From Chrysomallon squamiferum (taxonomy: Eukaryota; Animalia; Mollusca): 64,000 nt of DNA. The notes under the pieces are model-generated. The model saw only the letters and a program-made list of their open reading frames with translations. It searched no databases and was not told the DNA's origin. The stretch spans positions 186,001 through 250,000 of the forward strand of contig CM022673.1 of the NCBI GenBank assembly GCA_012295275.1, given 5' to 3'. Positions 12,512-24,831 of this stretch are shown here, one piece after another (positions within the stretch are counted from its first letter, which is position 1; each line of letters begins with the position of its first letter). Position numbers and translations under genes: made by a program.

Positions 12512-14894
12512 TCATTTTGCAGAGATGTAAATTATTATTATTATTATTATTTTATTTTTTAAAATAAATTTATATTTTTATTTTAGCCTTAAAATAAACC
12601 AAAATTATTTAAATACTTTATTAACATGTGAATAAAAAATAAAGACATATAGTTTTATTTGGAAAATGTGAAAATATTTTATTAGAATTTCAGACAGGCT
12701 CCAAATAATGTTTAAATTTTTTTTTAACCTATAGCAACACACAAGCTTATCTAATTTGCAATATGACAATATAAATTTAATTTCAGTTATTTACTGAACA
12801 TAATTTGCTTTATTATCAATGATTTTTTTTTTGTTTGTTTGGGGGGTGCAGGTTCGTGTGGCATCAGATTTTCTCGAGAGCAGCATTAGAAGAGATGTCA
12901 GTTTATTCCGAGATGCACTGAGGAATTCTGATGGACCTCAGTCTGGTCAAGTAAGTCAGACTTAGCCATTTAATTGTTTTAAAATTATATCTAATTATCA
13001 AACAGGTTATTTGATAATAATTCATTAAGTTCATTGTGGTTTAGCCCAATTAATTGCCTATTACAGTCAGTGAAAATAGTTATAAAAAATAAAAAAGTTC
13101 TAATCAGCCCAACAAAAATACGTTTTTTATAGATTTTATTTATTTCATAGAAATTTACTGAATATATTTTAATGAAGCAATATTATAAGAAAAAATTCTA
13201 AACTTTCAGATATTAAATATTTACACGAAGGAAAAAAAAAATATATAACCAAGAGTTATTTATAAAATAAAATGGATTTGTTTTTTGGGGGGTTTTCTTT
13301 TTCTTTTCTTTTCCTTTCCTTTTGCTTTTTTTTTTTAAAGTATGTGGACCAAGAAATATTAACTAAATCATATTTTTAAACAGATAGCTTTGGAGTTTTA
13401 CCAGAAGAAGAGAGCTAGATGGCCATTCCAAGCCGAATGCATACCATGGGAAGTGTGGACCATTAAACTGGATGTGTTGACCCTGGCTAATGAACATGGT
13501 GTGTCATATTAATATTTTATATACTAGTATTTACTGATGCTAATAAATTCTGTTTGACTTAATGTAAGATTGTAGGTACTGTTGATGGTACTGAAGTCAA
13601 TAATAAAAACATACTTGAAATTTTTGAGTTTATTAATTTTCACTTATTGAGATCAGATGTGCAGTTTCAAAAGTCCTACATAAGCCTAATTCAATAAAGA
13701 AATACTAACTGTATTTAAATGCTTATAGTAATATATAAAAAATTAAATGTGCTCTTACTTTTTAAAATTCTGTTTAAGATTTTAGAAACATTCACGCATT
13801 TATTTTAGTTGATATAGGACATGAATCGTAACAATGCCTAAAATTATTCAACTAATGAAACAACTTTTTTTTCTTTTTTCTTTTAAAATCAGTTAATATG
13901 TTTTAAACAAATTTTAATTTACATTTTTCATTCAGAGCGTCAAGTTTGCCGAGAGAAAGTTGGAGAAATGCTAGGAGACAAGATAATGTACATTGCAGAA
14001 ACGATGAACAGACATGAATATGTGCCAAAAATGCCAGATCAATCAGATTTGGATTTAATTTTTGACACAGGCCAAGCTGATGTACAGCCATATCTATACA
14101 GAGTAAGTAATACACACAAACCAACATGTATAATATAATACATGACATTTATCATTGTAGTTTCATGATTTTTTAAAAAGCCAAATTGACATTTATTTGT
14201 ATATCTTTTCAACATAACTAATGCCAAAAAAAAAAATATATATATATTATATGAGATTTGTGAAATATTTGTTCACGTTATTTTGATGGCTATTATTAAT
14301 TTCTGTCACTGTGTGACATTATAAAGAAATTAATTCATAACTTGCTTTAAATTTTAGTTCTCAAAATAATTTGTTTTTTATGTGATAGGATTAACCATTT
14401 GACGTGCTATAAAATAAGATTTCATTATCCTTGACTTTTTCACTTGTATAATCTTTGCACAGAACACTCCATTACTAATAATGTTTTTAATATTTATCAG
14501 GAGCTTATTTATGATGATTAGCTGAATGTTTCAGAAAATATATAACATATATGGTCTAATAAAATTATTTATATTTCCAAGTTACCTTATTGTAAGATCT
14601 CTCATTACAAAGGACTAAAACAAAATATGAGAACCAAATTCATTTTATCTCTTTATATCTAATGTTGTGATGTCATCAATAGCTGTAAGAAACTTTATAA
14701 CAAATAACAAATAAAATAAAACTTAGAAGAAAGCAAAATATTTTTAGACTACTTTTGTATTTCACTTTAAGTTACATCTGTTCTATTTTATTTAATATTT
14801 TTCATAACAGATTTCACATCAGTCTACAGGACCTTCTTCTGCCTCAGTTGGAACAACCATGAGAAAGTTTCTCAAAGATACTCTAGCATTGTGA
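10638..14894 (+). CDS. ATG101: Autophagy-related protein 101 (HORMA domain, 218 aa, 8 coding exons)
   Basis: Exons 10638-10667, 11096-11132, 11648-11688, 12363-12446, 12852-12950, 13384-13498, 13936-14102, 14811-14894 (657 nt, phases consistent). Protein [19 protein letters not shown]...[37 protein letters not shown]...[13 protein letters not shown](WF finger)..ECIPWEVW...[11 protein letters not shown]...[10 protein letters not shown]...[13 protein letters not shown] is collinear with human ATG101. None of these exons appears in the ORF track because they are short. Confidence 0.96.
11960..12060 (-). mobile_element. Degenerate tRNA-derived SINE-like head in ATG101 intron 3
   Basis: The reverse strand has tRNA-like A/B-box remnants (gctaaggg...gcaggatcaaac). 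Heavily decayed. Confidence 0.25.
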
Positions 14895-15819
14895 TATACT
14901 TAACACACTGTTATGCTGATGCTAATACTGAAAGCTTAACATTGTGTAAAATATCTTTAGAGAGTCACTGATATTTTCATGGAAAATGTTATCTGATACT
15001 GATGCTGTTTTCTGAAGAATCAACATGAATTTAACTTAGAAAGACTTGCGTTGAGATACAATAACCAAAGTGGGCGATGCATTTGTAATAATGTAATGAA
15101 ATCTGATACATTGTTATTAGATAACTTGTTGTGATGCAAAAATGTGCAAATTCTGTTGTTGCTAATCAAGATATTTGATTTATGTAAATATTTATCTGAC
15201 AGTGATATCACAAACTGAAGAAGTTTTAATGTTTGTTCGTTGTGAGTGTGTGAAATATATGTCTCAAGTAGTTGAATGACAAAGTATAGAACAAAACAAG
15301 AAATGTCAAAATTAGTTTAGGAAAAACTTGTAAGAGAGATGGACAGTATAGCATCTCTTGTTAATAGTCAGCTGAAAGGTGAACACCAAAATCAGTACTG
15401 ACTGTTTTCAAACAGTTTAGAGAATTTGTTATTTTCGTTCACCTTACTGGGAAAGGTTTTTGTGTTTAGAGATATCCAAGTTTTGTAAGCAGTAATCATT
15501 TGTCAGCCAAGAAAGGAAAAGTCGGTGAAAGACAACCAAAAAAACACATAACATTATTAAATATAATAGTCTATATTGTGTTCCTCCCACAGTGATAAGT
15601 GAAAAAACAAACAAAAAAACACAAAAAAAAAACAATTCTTTGAAAATAAATATATGGTAACACTTCTGCTGGCTTGAAGTCATGAAATGAAAAAAAAAAT
15701 TCTGTGAAACTCGAAACCTATGTGATATTTTATACTCAAAACTGTCAACTTGCAATCATGAAAAAAAATTCTGATTCAAGTCTTTGGTTACGTGATGAAC
15801 TGTGATGCCCTGAAGGATC

Positions 15820-16290
15820 AGCGTATTAAGCTGTAGTTGTGTGATTCATGTTGCAGACTTGGAAATTATTAAGATGTAATTATTGTGATTCATTATCATC
15901 TTTCAGTTGAGTATCAGAATATTAAGCTGTTATTATTATTCATAATGTTTCTTGACAGGATCAGAGTATTAAGTTATAATTGTTGTAATTCATCATGTTG
16001 CGTTAAATTAGAATATTAAGCAGTAATGTCATGATTTACATTGCAGAATCAGAAATTATTAAGCTGTAATTATGATTCATCATGTGCTCTGCATACTTTG
16101 AAATAAGCTGTAAATTATGATTCATCAAGTGCTCTGCATACTTTGAAATAAGCTGTAAATTATGATTCGTGATGTTGCACTAAGAATTACTAAATAATTA
16201 ACATGTAACTTCATTTTGAAGAATCATAGAACATTAAGCTGCAGTTATAGTGATTCACCATATTGTTTTAAAGAGTCAGAATTTTAAACT
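15820..16290. repeat. Degenerate ~40-bp minisatellite downstream of the ATG101 stop
   Basis: Recurrent attaagctgtaattatgattcatcatgt..., with near-identical adjacent copies at 16060-16170. Confidence 0.8.
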
Positions 16291-16551
16291 TATTACTTCA
16301 CAAAATCAGGATACTAATAGGTTTTTGTTATAAGACATTACTTAGATAAGTGAATCATCTAATCAAATGATCATTTTGCAGATTAATCCAGTGATTGGAT
16401 AATCCAGAGTTAAAACTAATCATTGCTTTGTCTTGCCTTTCTAATCAGTAATTAAATGGCAATAAATTGGCTTTACAATCTTTGACACATTTTTAAAAAC
16501 AACCAAGCACAGGAAATAATTTGATGATATAAATTAAGAAATTTTGTTTTA

Positions 16552-16582
<31 letters not shown>

Positions 16583-19500
16583 CGAAGCATTAGTCACTTA
16601 CTTAATCCTGTGATAGTAACCTGAAATAGTATGTAATAATCTGACTATATTACTAAATAAAATATTTCATTTTTAATAGTAGATAGTGACATTTCAAACA
16701 ACAAATTATTATTATTATTTTTTTTAAATGAAATCTGAAATTTAAAAAAAATTTAATTATTTACAGTGAACCGAATAAATCATTAAAGATTATTCACTTT
16801 TTATAGAATATGTTAATTATACAAATATGTATGATTTCTTAAGCTTTGGGGTTTAATTATTTAATTTTTTTTAAATTCTTCCATCAATAGAGGTTGATGA
16901 AAATGATGAAATTATTAACAATCATGAAATATTAGTCAGTCTCAAAGTTATTAATAAATTATTTACTATCTTTTAGGCTGCAGTAGTCTTATAAATATTC
17001 TCATCTTTTCAAAAACAATAAGTTAGGAAGTATTTTATACATGACTGTTAGAAATTTTCTTATGCTTACAGTTTATGAGTAATTAATGCAAAGGTTTCAG
17101 CTTTTTCCCTGGTTTTGAGTTTGTTTTTCAATTTTTTATTTTATTATCTTTTTTTTTAATAAAAATATTATATTATTTTTTTTTTTTTTTTTTTTTACTT
17201 AAAATAATATTCACTTGTATCAGATTTACTAAAGGTAAATTTAAATATCAGACATATTTCTGCAGGTCATGATTTGGTTTGCCTTACAACTTAATGCCGA
17301 CTGAATCTACAGAATCAATTTCTGCTTCCATTTGTAATATGTACCTTTTTTTTCTTAAATTCATTTATTATTTTTATGAATTTTTTTAATTAATTATTAT
17401 TATTTGTTAGGACAAGCTACTACTGTCTTTGCAATCAGTAGCTGACATTTTCTTAGTTTAGATTTTTATACATTGTAACATGTTTTGTGATGATGGTGAC
17501 TAAGAAGTACCACAAAGATTTCAGGTGGGCTTTTTTTTTATTAATGTAATTTAATGACTTCAGAAATCTTTTTTGTTTCTAAACTTTGCCAGTTATGAAT
17601 GTCTCTTTGAAGTGTTTTCATTTTCATATTGCTTGAAGGCAAATTACCTTTTGCTGACAGTAACCAAGCTGAATATATGTGTTGTACATGTTTTTACCTC
17701 ATCATCCATCAGGTTAGTAGACTAGAGTTTCTACCAGAATTACAGAGATTAGTTAGTGATCAATGACACTAGATTAGTTTAAAATTTGATAATTCCAAGG
17801 GCTTTTTTTCAGTCAGCTGATGTTTTTGTACGGCTATAAGTTTCTTGTTGATGGTTTTGGGGGTTTTTTTGCTTTATTTTATTATTTTTATTTGTTTATT
17901 TTATTTTATTTATTTATTTTTTTTTTTTTTTTTTAAATGTAATTCCTTCACTGAAAATTTACTATATCCTTTCTTGAAAAGCTTTTTCTTTTTTCGGTTT
18001 GTACCATTACCCTACATGTGTTCCATATGTCAGTTTCAGCAGATGAATTTAACAATTAATAATATTGATAGTTTGACAAGACATTCAGTTTGCTAACATT
18101 TTATATGTGCCATAAATTCAAATTGTAATCATTACTGCAGTCCTAATGTATAAAACTAATATTTGTGACGTGTTCATAATGCTTAGACAAAAATTCATTT
18201 GTTAACAAACTCATTTTCAACCAAGTTTTACCCACAACTTCCAAAATTTATATCAAAGTAATTCATAGATTTTTAAAAATGCACAGTATGTCTATGGTGT
18301 CTAGTGTGAATATATCTGAGTGAAAGATAATTGAAAAGAAAACAAATGTTACATTAAAACAATGTTTTTTTTATTCGTTAGTATGTTTTGTATGTGTATT
18401 TCTTTATTATTTTTGTTTATTTTGTTTTTTATTTTAATTTTTTTTCTCTTGTTTTTATGTTGATTATTTACAAATACAAACATTACTTTGTCCATTTATT
18501 TTATCATTTATCACCATTTTCATTATTTATGTTTTTGATAATTTAGTTTTTGGTTCAGGTCTAATTTACATTAAATATTCTTTAGAGTTTATTAATTAAT
18601 TCCACTGAACCTGATAAAAATATATATATTTATCTTTTCTAATACTAAATTCTAATGCTAGTTCTTTTGTGATCTTAATCAAGATCAATTGGTTATTTGT
18701 ATTTTATATTGTTTTACTTATTTTATTTTCACTGTTTCTGAAACTTATTTTTAAGACAAAAATTTTTAAAAATAATTATTATAATAATTAAAATGGAAAT
18801 GTTTCGTTCACAAAGATAATAGACAAAGATGAAATTGTAAGATTTGAGTGACCTTTCTTGTATTAATAACAATTTATTTATCATTATTATTACTTTTAAT
18901 TCATGTCAGAGTATTTTTTGTTGTTTTTGTTGTTACCAGATAATATATTTAATATAACTTTCATTTCATTAGTAAAAAATTTAATTGCATTCTACTTACC
19001 AAATGAAAGCAGAAGAAATTTCAAAAGTGAGATTTTTTTTTTTTTAATATTTTATTTATTATTTGACATATTTTTGTTTGATTATATTTGTCCATTTATC
19101 ATATATGAATATATAATAATGTGTTTTTGATCAGATTGATCAAATTAATTTATTTCCCTATTTTGTGCTAATTTCTGTTTATTAATTATTATTATTTTAA
19201 TATTGTAATTTCACATGTATAATATTATCATCATTAGATTGTAGATTCATGAAACTGTAGATTACAGAAGAAAAAAAAGAATAGGTTTAGAGTAGTCTCC
19301 TTTGCTTGCCAGATGTCAATCATCTTTAAATGTATATTATACTGTGCTTTAAAATAAATATGTACTATTGTAATTATTATACAAAGTGTTGTTTCTCAAA
19401 TATAATCAGTGAGATTAAGAAAATTAGTTGTGTAGAAATAGATTTACTAACATATATTATTATTTCTAAATGCACAGTACACATTATGTATGGCAGTTTT

Positions 19501-19833
19501 TAATTATTTGTTATTTTTGTTTTACTGGAGTTATCCAGTTATTTATTTTCAGTTTGGAAATTTAAGTACAATTGTTGTTATGAAGATTATCTTATGTTCT
19601 GGGTGTGACAGATGTGTGATAAAATAAACCATTTTAATACAAAAACTTGGAGTTGTTGGTTAATATTGCTAGAAGTTTCTGAATGCTGGATATAGAGATG
19701 AATCATTTTAGACACAGTGAGATTTTAGGATGTTTTTCCGATTAATGACAAATTAAATCTTTTTACAAACTTATAGCATTCACTGAGTCCACTATGTTAT
19801 TACTTAAGTATCACAAATTTCATTTTTACTGTT

Positions 19834-20888
19834 TTAGTCCTCATCAGATGAGCAGTCTGTATCACTGTCTCCAGCATATTCCTTTTCTGTTTCATCATCA
19901 GATTCCTCCATTTCTGTTACAATTTTCCAGCACATAATTTTGTTTTTGTTGCAAGATAATTTTACCAGCACACCATAGTGGTTCTCCATCCATGCTCTTC
20001 CCAAGGTTTGGGGATCTCTTATACAATAACATTTTTTTCCATATTTTTGTCTCATAATGTTCTTTGAAGCAAGCCCTGTTTGCAGGCAGTCTAGCCAGGT
20101 CAATGGGCCTTCACAGAATTTGTGCTGGACAAGTCAGTACTATAACATCATCATATGCCTTGACTGACTGTACAACAGAGGACATATTTTGAATATATCT
20201 GATGTTTCCTTCAAGCAGTAGAAAGTATTAGCATCTTCCATTTTGAGTATACCAGCATTTAAAAGTTCTTCATCCATCATGCCCATTCTGTGAAACAAAA
20301 TCCTGTAGTTTTTTTTGTCTTTATTACTAAACTGACCTATTCATTTAAAAGAAGATAAGGAAGACATCCTGAAGGTGGCACTTGAACAGAACATCCATGT
20401 ATGCTTCTCAATGGCATTAGAGTAATCTTGATTTTGTATCATTTGAATAAGGAAGGTTTTGGAAATTGCAGACTACATTGGTCTTTTCTTCTAGAATATC
20501 ATCAACTCCTGGTTTCTCATGAAGCCCTCAACCCATGGGTTGATGCTATTAAATTAACCTTAAACATTCATAATGCCTTACAAATACAAAGATGGGTGTA
20601 TTTCAAAAATATCCCAGTTATTTACAAATTAAAAATATATATATAGTTTAGAAAATATAAGAATCTCAGTTTTATTAATGTTTATAATGAGAAAAAAAAA
20701 CGAGTGAGAGAGAATGAGTTACACTCTTCTCCATCGCGCATCATCACAAATCTAATCATTGTTAAGAAATAATGTATTTTATTTTATTTTATTTTACCTC
20801 TATTTACCAGCCACAGTGACTTGTTGATATTATCGTCGCCATCAAGATCGCTAATGATCATCCGATACAAAAGGAAACAATAAGGCAT
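19834..20888 (-). pseudogene. Probable decayed gene of unknown family with an acidic C-terminus
   Basis: One minus-strand frame runs through a phase-consistent 49-nt GT-AG intron (20336-20288) to the stop at 19834, with five in-frame stops: LHEKPGVDDILEEK...RLL*CH*EAYMDVLFKCHLQDVFLIFF*MNR|MGMMDEELLNAGILKMED...MMML*Y*LVQHKFCEGPLTWLDCLQTG...WMENHYGVLVKLSC...EESDDETEKEYAGDSDTDCSSDED*. A candidate first exon lies at 20888-20798 with donor AG|GTAAAA. Confidence 0.4.
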
Positions 20889-21274
20889 TCTCCCATCTTA
20901 TACAAGCTCTACCTGCAGTTTGTATTTAAGGCGTCAAGACCAAATGATATCATAGCAGGTACATAGCGAGAACACTAACAGCTGAAGTATCATAATTAAA
21001 GGTGAAAGATTCGTCAGATGTCCGGGAACAGCTTAATCAATTGTTCCTTTATTTACCGACTGAAAGGAGGCGGTCTACTTCCTTTGAAGTGTCGCCGTTT
21101 CGAGTAAATAGACTCTTCAAATACATGTAAATTAGGAAATTAATTGAGTATAATCAGGCAATGAAATGATGGTCAGTGCGTACAGGCAGAAAGAGCAAGA
21201 AATAGGAAAAAGTGATTTATTTTTTTACCTTTTTTCTTTCTCCAAAGGACGTGTTCTTTTTTTTATCTCGAAAC

Positions 21275-22665
21275 ATGATGAAAATAATTATTTGGTGTAT
21301 TGTAGGTAAGTGTAAGTATATATATTTTAAAATGCTGTAATGTTAAATAATGTTATGTTTATCTAATACAATGCTTTAAAAATATGGTTGTTAAATATTC
21401 TTATATTATTATATATTTTAAAGATTTTGATGCCAAATATATTGATCATAATAAATTTTTGTTTTTTGGTTGGTGTTTTTTTTTTTTTTTTTTTTGTTTT
21501 GTTTTGTTTTTCTTTGTTAAAAAAAAAAAAAAAAGAATAAATAGACCACAGAATTATCTAATGTGATTATTTATCTAACAAAAAACTAAAACGTTTTGGT
21601 TTGAAAGCTTCAAAGCAGCAATAGGTCAGATGTATACTATATAATTCAATGTAGTGTCTTCAGTTGTAAAAGCCATCTGGTTTGGCATTTTCATGCCACA
21701 TAATTGTTTCAGGTTTATAAAATATAAAAACCAGTTTCACTTAGTTATGTTTATTTTTCCCCTCCCCAGTTATGCTACTTCTAATGCCACCAGCTAAAGG
21801 ACAAAACAGTGATCCATGCGTTAATACAGTAGGTATTGTAATGATACCAGGTTCAGAATGTGGTGAGTTTCACGCTTGCTGCAGTGGAAGATTGTACAAA
21901 ACTGTGATGTGTTTGGAAGGAATGGCACTGAACGGTGACAGTCAGCGATGTACAGTGGAAACTTTTAAAAACTGCGTGGCCAGTAAGTACCAGCCAATGT
22001 AATATAGTGTCTTTCTGATTAACGACCATTGTTATTGCAGTTTATTAGTAATATCTCCCCCCCGTTATCCAATATATTATCATTAATAAACATGTATTAT
22101 GAATAGTATTAAACTGTCTGTCGTTTAGCATTTTTCAAATATAGGATTTAAAAAATAATAAATAAATAAATAAAAAATAGCATATGATCTGGCATCTCAT
22201 TTGTCTGACGTTATTCTTTTCCGTTAACTAATGATTGTATTAAAAAGCCAAACTTTCTTAACAGAAATTACCAAACCACTGGAATGTCCTAATGATTTGC
22301 AATTGGCATATTATCCCGATTACTCTGAAGGATGTCCAACGAAGACTTTTATTGAATGTAAATACGGGCAAAAAGAAGTAAAGCATTGCCAGTCTGGAAC
22401 GTCTTACGATGAAGGAACTGACACGTGCTCTTCAAAAGTAACGTCATGTGGTAGCGATATCCCATGCGATACGTCGACAACCTTTGCCATTTATGCCGAC
22501 TACAGTTATGGATGTCCGCCAAAAGGATTTTTGGTTTGTTTAACAGGAACGTTATTTGCCAATACGTGCCCAGACGGATTATTTTACAACGAAGGTGTGA
22601 AAAATTGCGACTTTTCACACAATATTCCGTGTGCACAAAACGTAAGACCAAATTCGGGGATATAA
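21275..22665 (+). CDS. Secreted chitin-binding protein with three peritrophin-A (CBM14/ChtBD2) domains (214 aa, 3 exons)
   Basis: Exons 21275-21305, 21770-21982, 22265-22665 (phase 1/1, 645 nt). Signal peptide MMKIIIWCIVVMLLLMPPAKG is followed by three Cys-spaced repeats, e.g. C..YADYSYGCPPKGFLVCLTGTLFANTCPDGLFYNEGVKNCDFSHNIPC. Confidence 0.88.
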
Positions 22666-24831
22666 AACAATTTAAAAAGATAATGATATACTTAGTTTCA
22701 TCAACAGAATGATTACTCATAATTCATTATGTCTGCATCTTAGTTGACCAAAATATTTAAAATGTGTCTGTGGCTACTGGAGCAAATATCTCATATAGCC
22801 TACATTCTCAACATTTCGGCTCGGTTTAGTTTTACAAACTTTTTGTTATTATTATTATTATTATTATTATTTATATAATAATAATGCTAGCAATTTTCGG
22901 TTTGTGTTGACATTCAGTTTGTTGCGCATTTCCTCAGGTTTTCATTTTGTCAGGGTGAATGCGAGTTAAAAAAAACCTAAGACATTAAAAATTGCATTGA
23001 ATTATATTCTATTCACGGCATTTGTAACACTATAGGTTTATTTATTTTTTAAATTTCATTTTTAAGTTTGCATTACAATTTAGAAGTTAGGAGCAAACAT
23101 GTATAAATTAAGAACAGCTTGATATATTATTGTGAAAAAAATAAAGATAGCATGATCCAAAAATGAGTAAGAACCATGTTTTTAATACACTGCAGCCAAC
23201 TTAAATATTTTAGTCAAAATGCAATTACTGCAGATTATGAACCCTTCCTCACAAGAAAAATAAAATATTGCAACTATAATGGTAATCTGTGCTAAAATAT
23301 ATGTATAAAAAAAAAAAAAAAAAAAAAAAAAATGGATTACTTACTTGAAAAAAAAAATATGTCTGGGTTTGTTTTATTAATATACATTTTCACCGATGAC
23401 AATGAATACAACTTGTGAAAAGATGGATTTCTGAAGATACCAAGAAACCATCAACACATACACATACACATACAAACAATAACAATAATAAAACCACAGA
23501 AGATGATGAATATTTTTTTTATTTATTATTTATACAAGAAAATATCTTTCCATACAAAGAAAACAAATGCCCAAGCAAACTTTACTCTCAAGAACAGTGA
23601 ATTAAGATGAAAAACAAAGAGCATTTTTGTTTTGAAAACAATACCAATATGAATGCAAAAAATAATATTTTTAACTAAATAAATTTGGATTTATCTACAA
23701 ATAACTATAATAACTATTGGTAAAAATTTAATTTTTGTTTCAACAAATGCTAACAATTTTCAAAAAGGTATTTTTTTACCTATTGGTTAGATGAAAAACA
23801 AATAAAAATAATGAACATTTGTTTCAAAAACTGTCAATGCAAATCCAAACGACAACTTAAATGTATCTTTCCTCTCAGTTTTCAAATTATAAAAATACTT
23901 CTCAATGTGAAAATACTGAACATTTTTGTTACTAGTTTGTACAAGTTTTATTACCACTTCAAATTTCAGATTCAAGAATAATTTCACAATCTTTTGATTT
24001 ACAAAAATGCACAATTTAGTATCATGTAATTAATAATATTTTATTATATACAGTACAATTGCTGGTATCTTGGTTATGAAATTTCAGGTTCTAAAATCAT
24101 TCTTCAATCTAAATGCTTTTGTAAATAATCTTTGGATTTGTGTAAATGCTTTATTTAATATCATGTCATTAATCATATTCTGTGAAAATTAATTTTTATT
24201 GTCATTCAGTCACTATGTCCAACAATAAAACAATCAATGTGCGCTTTCAAATTTACATTCAAAGTAACAATGAAAGAAAAAAAGATAAAGATCCCACTAA
24301 ATATAAATATGATACTAACATTAACATTTTTAAATTCAGAAATTAAATGGTTTCAACAAATGAAGCTAGCACCACAGTTAGGTGAACACAATGGTTTTGG
24401 CAGTGAGAACATTTTGCATAGAAAAACTGACCATAGTCAGATTATTGAGTTTGTTATGGTATTGCAAATCACCATCAAAACTACTTCACCAGGAGTTTCA
24501 TGACAAATGGATGATGTTGCCATTTTTGCAGTCTTTTAAAATCAAAACAGTATTAACACAATCATTTCATTCAAACTTACATTTTAACAGTTCCTCTATT
24601 TTTTTGTTTTGTGGGTTAACTAATAGAAAAATAGATCCTTTTTACACAGCAGTATTTTGAAACTGAGCACATAATGAAAACTGTTCCATCAGGAACAGAT
24701 GTAAATATAGATAGAACACAGAGTGTCCTCAACATCCAGCACCAAATGATTTTTCTCTAGGAATGACTTCCAAGCACTACAATTGATTTCATCACAACTT
24801 ATGTTGATTAATTTAATCTAACAGTCGACCA

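Noticed and set aside
15781-15790. TCTTTGGTTA, matching the first 10 nt of miR-9
   Set aside because: The remainder does not match and no precursor hairpin is evident.
20134-20142. In-frame TGA as possible selenocysteine in the minus-strand ORF
   Set aside because: An in-frame TAG lies two codons upstream, there are further TAA stops, and no SECIS was recognised. Decay is the simpler explanation.
22349-22720. Overlapping antisense and alternative-frame ORFs (123 aa, 82 aa)
   Set aside because: They are shadows of the chitin-binding exon 3.
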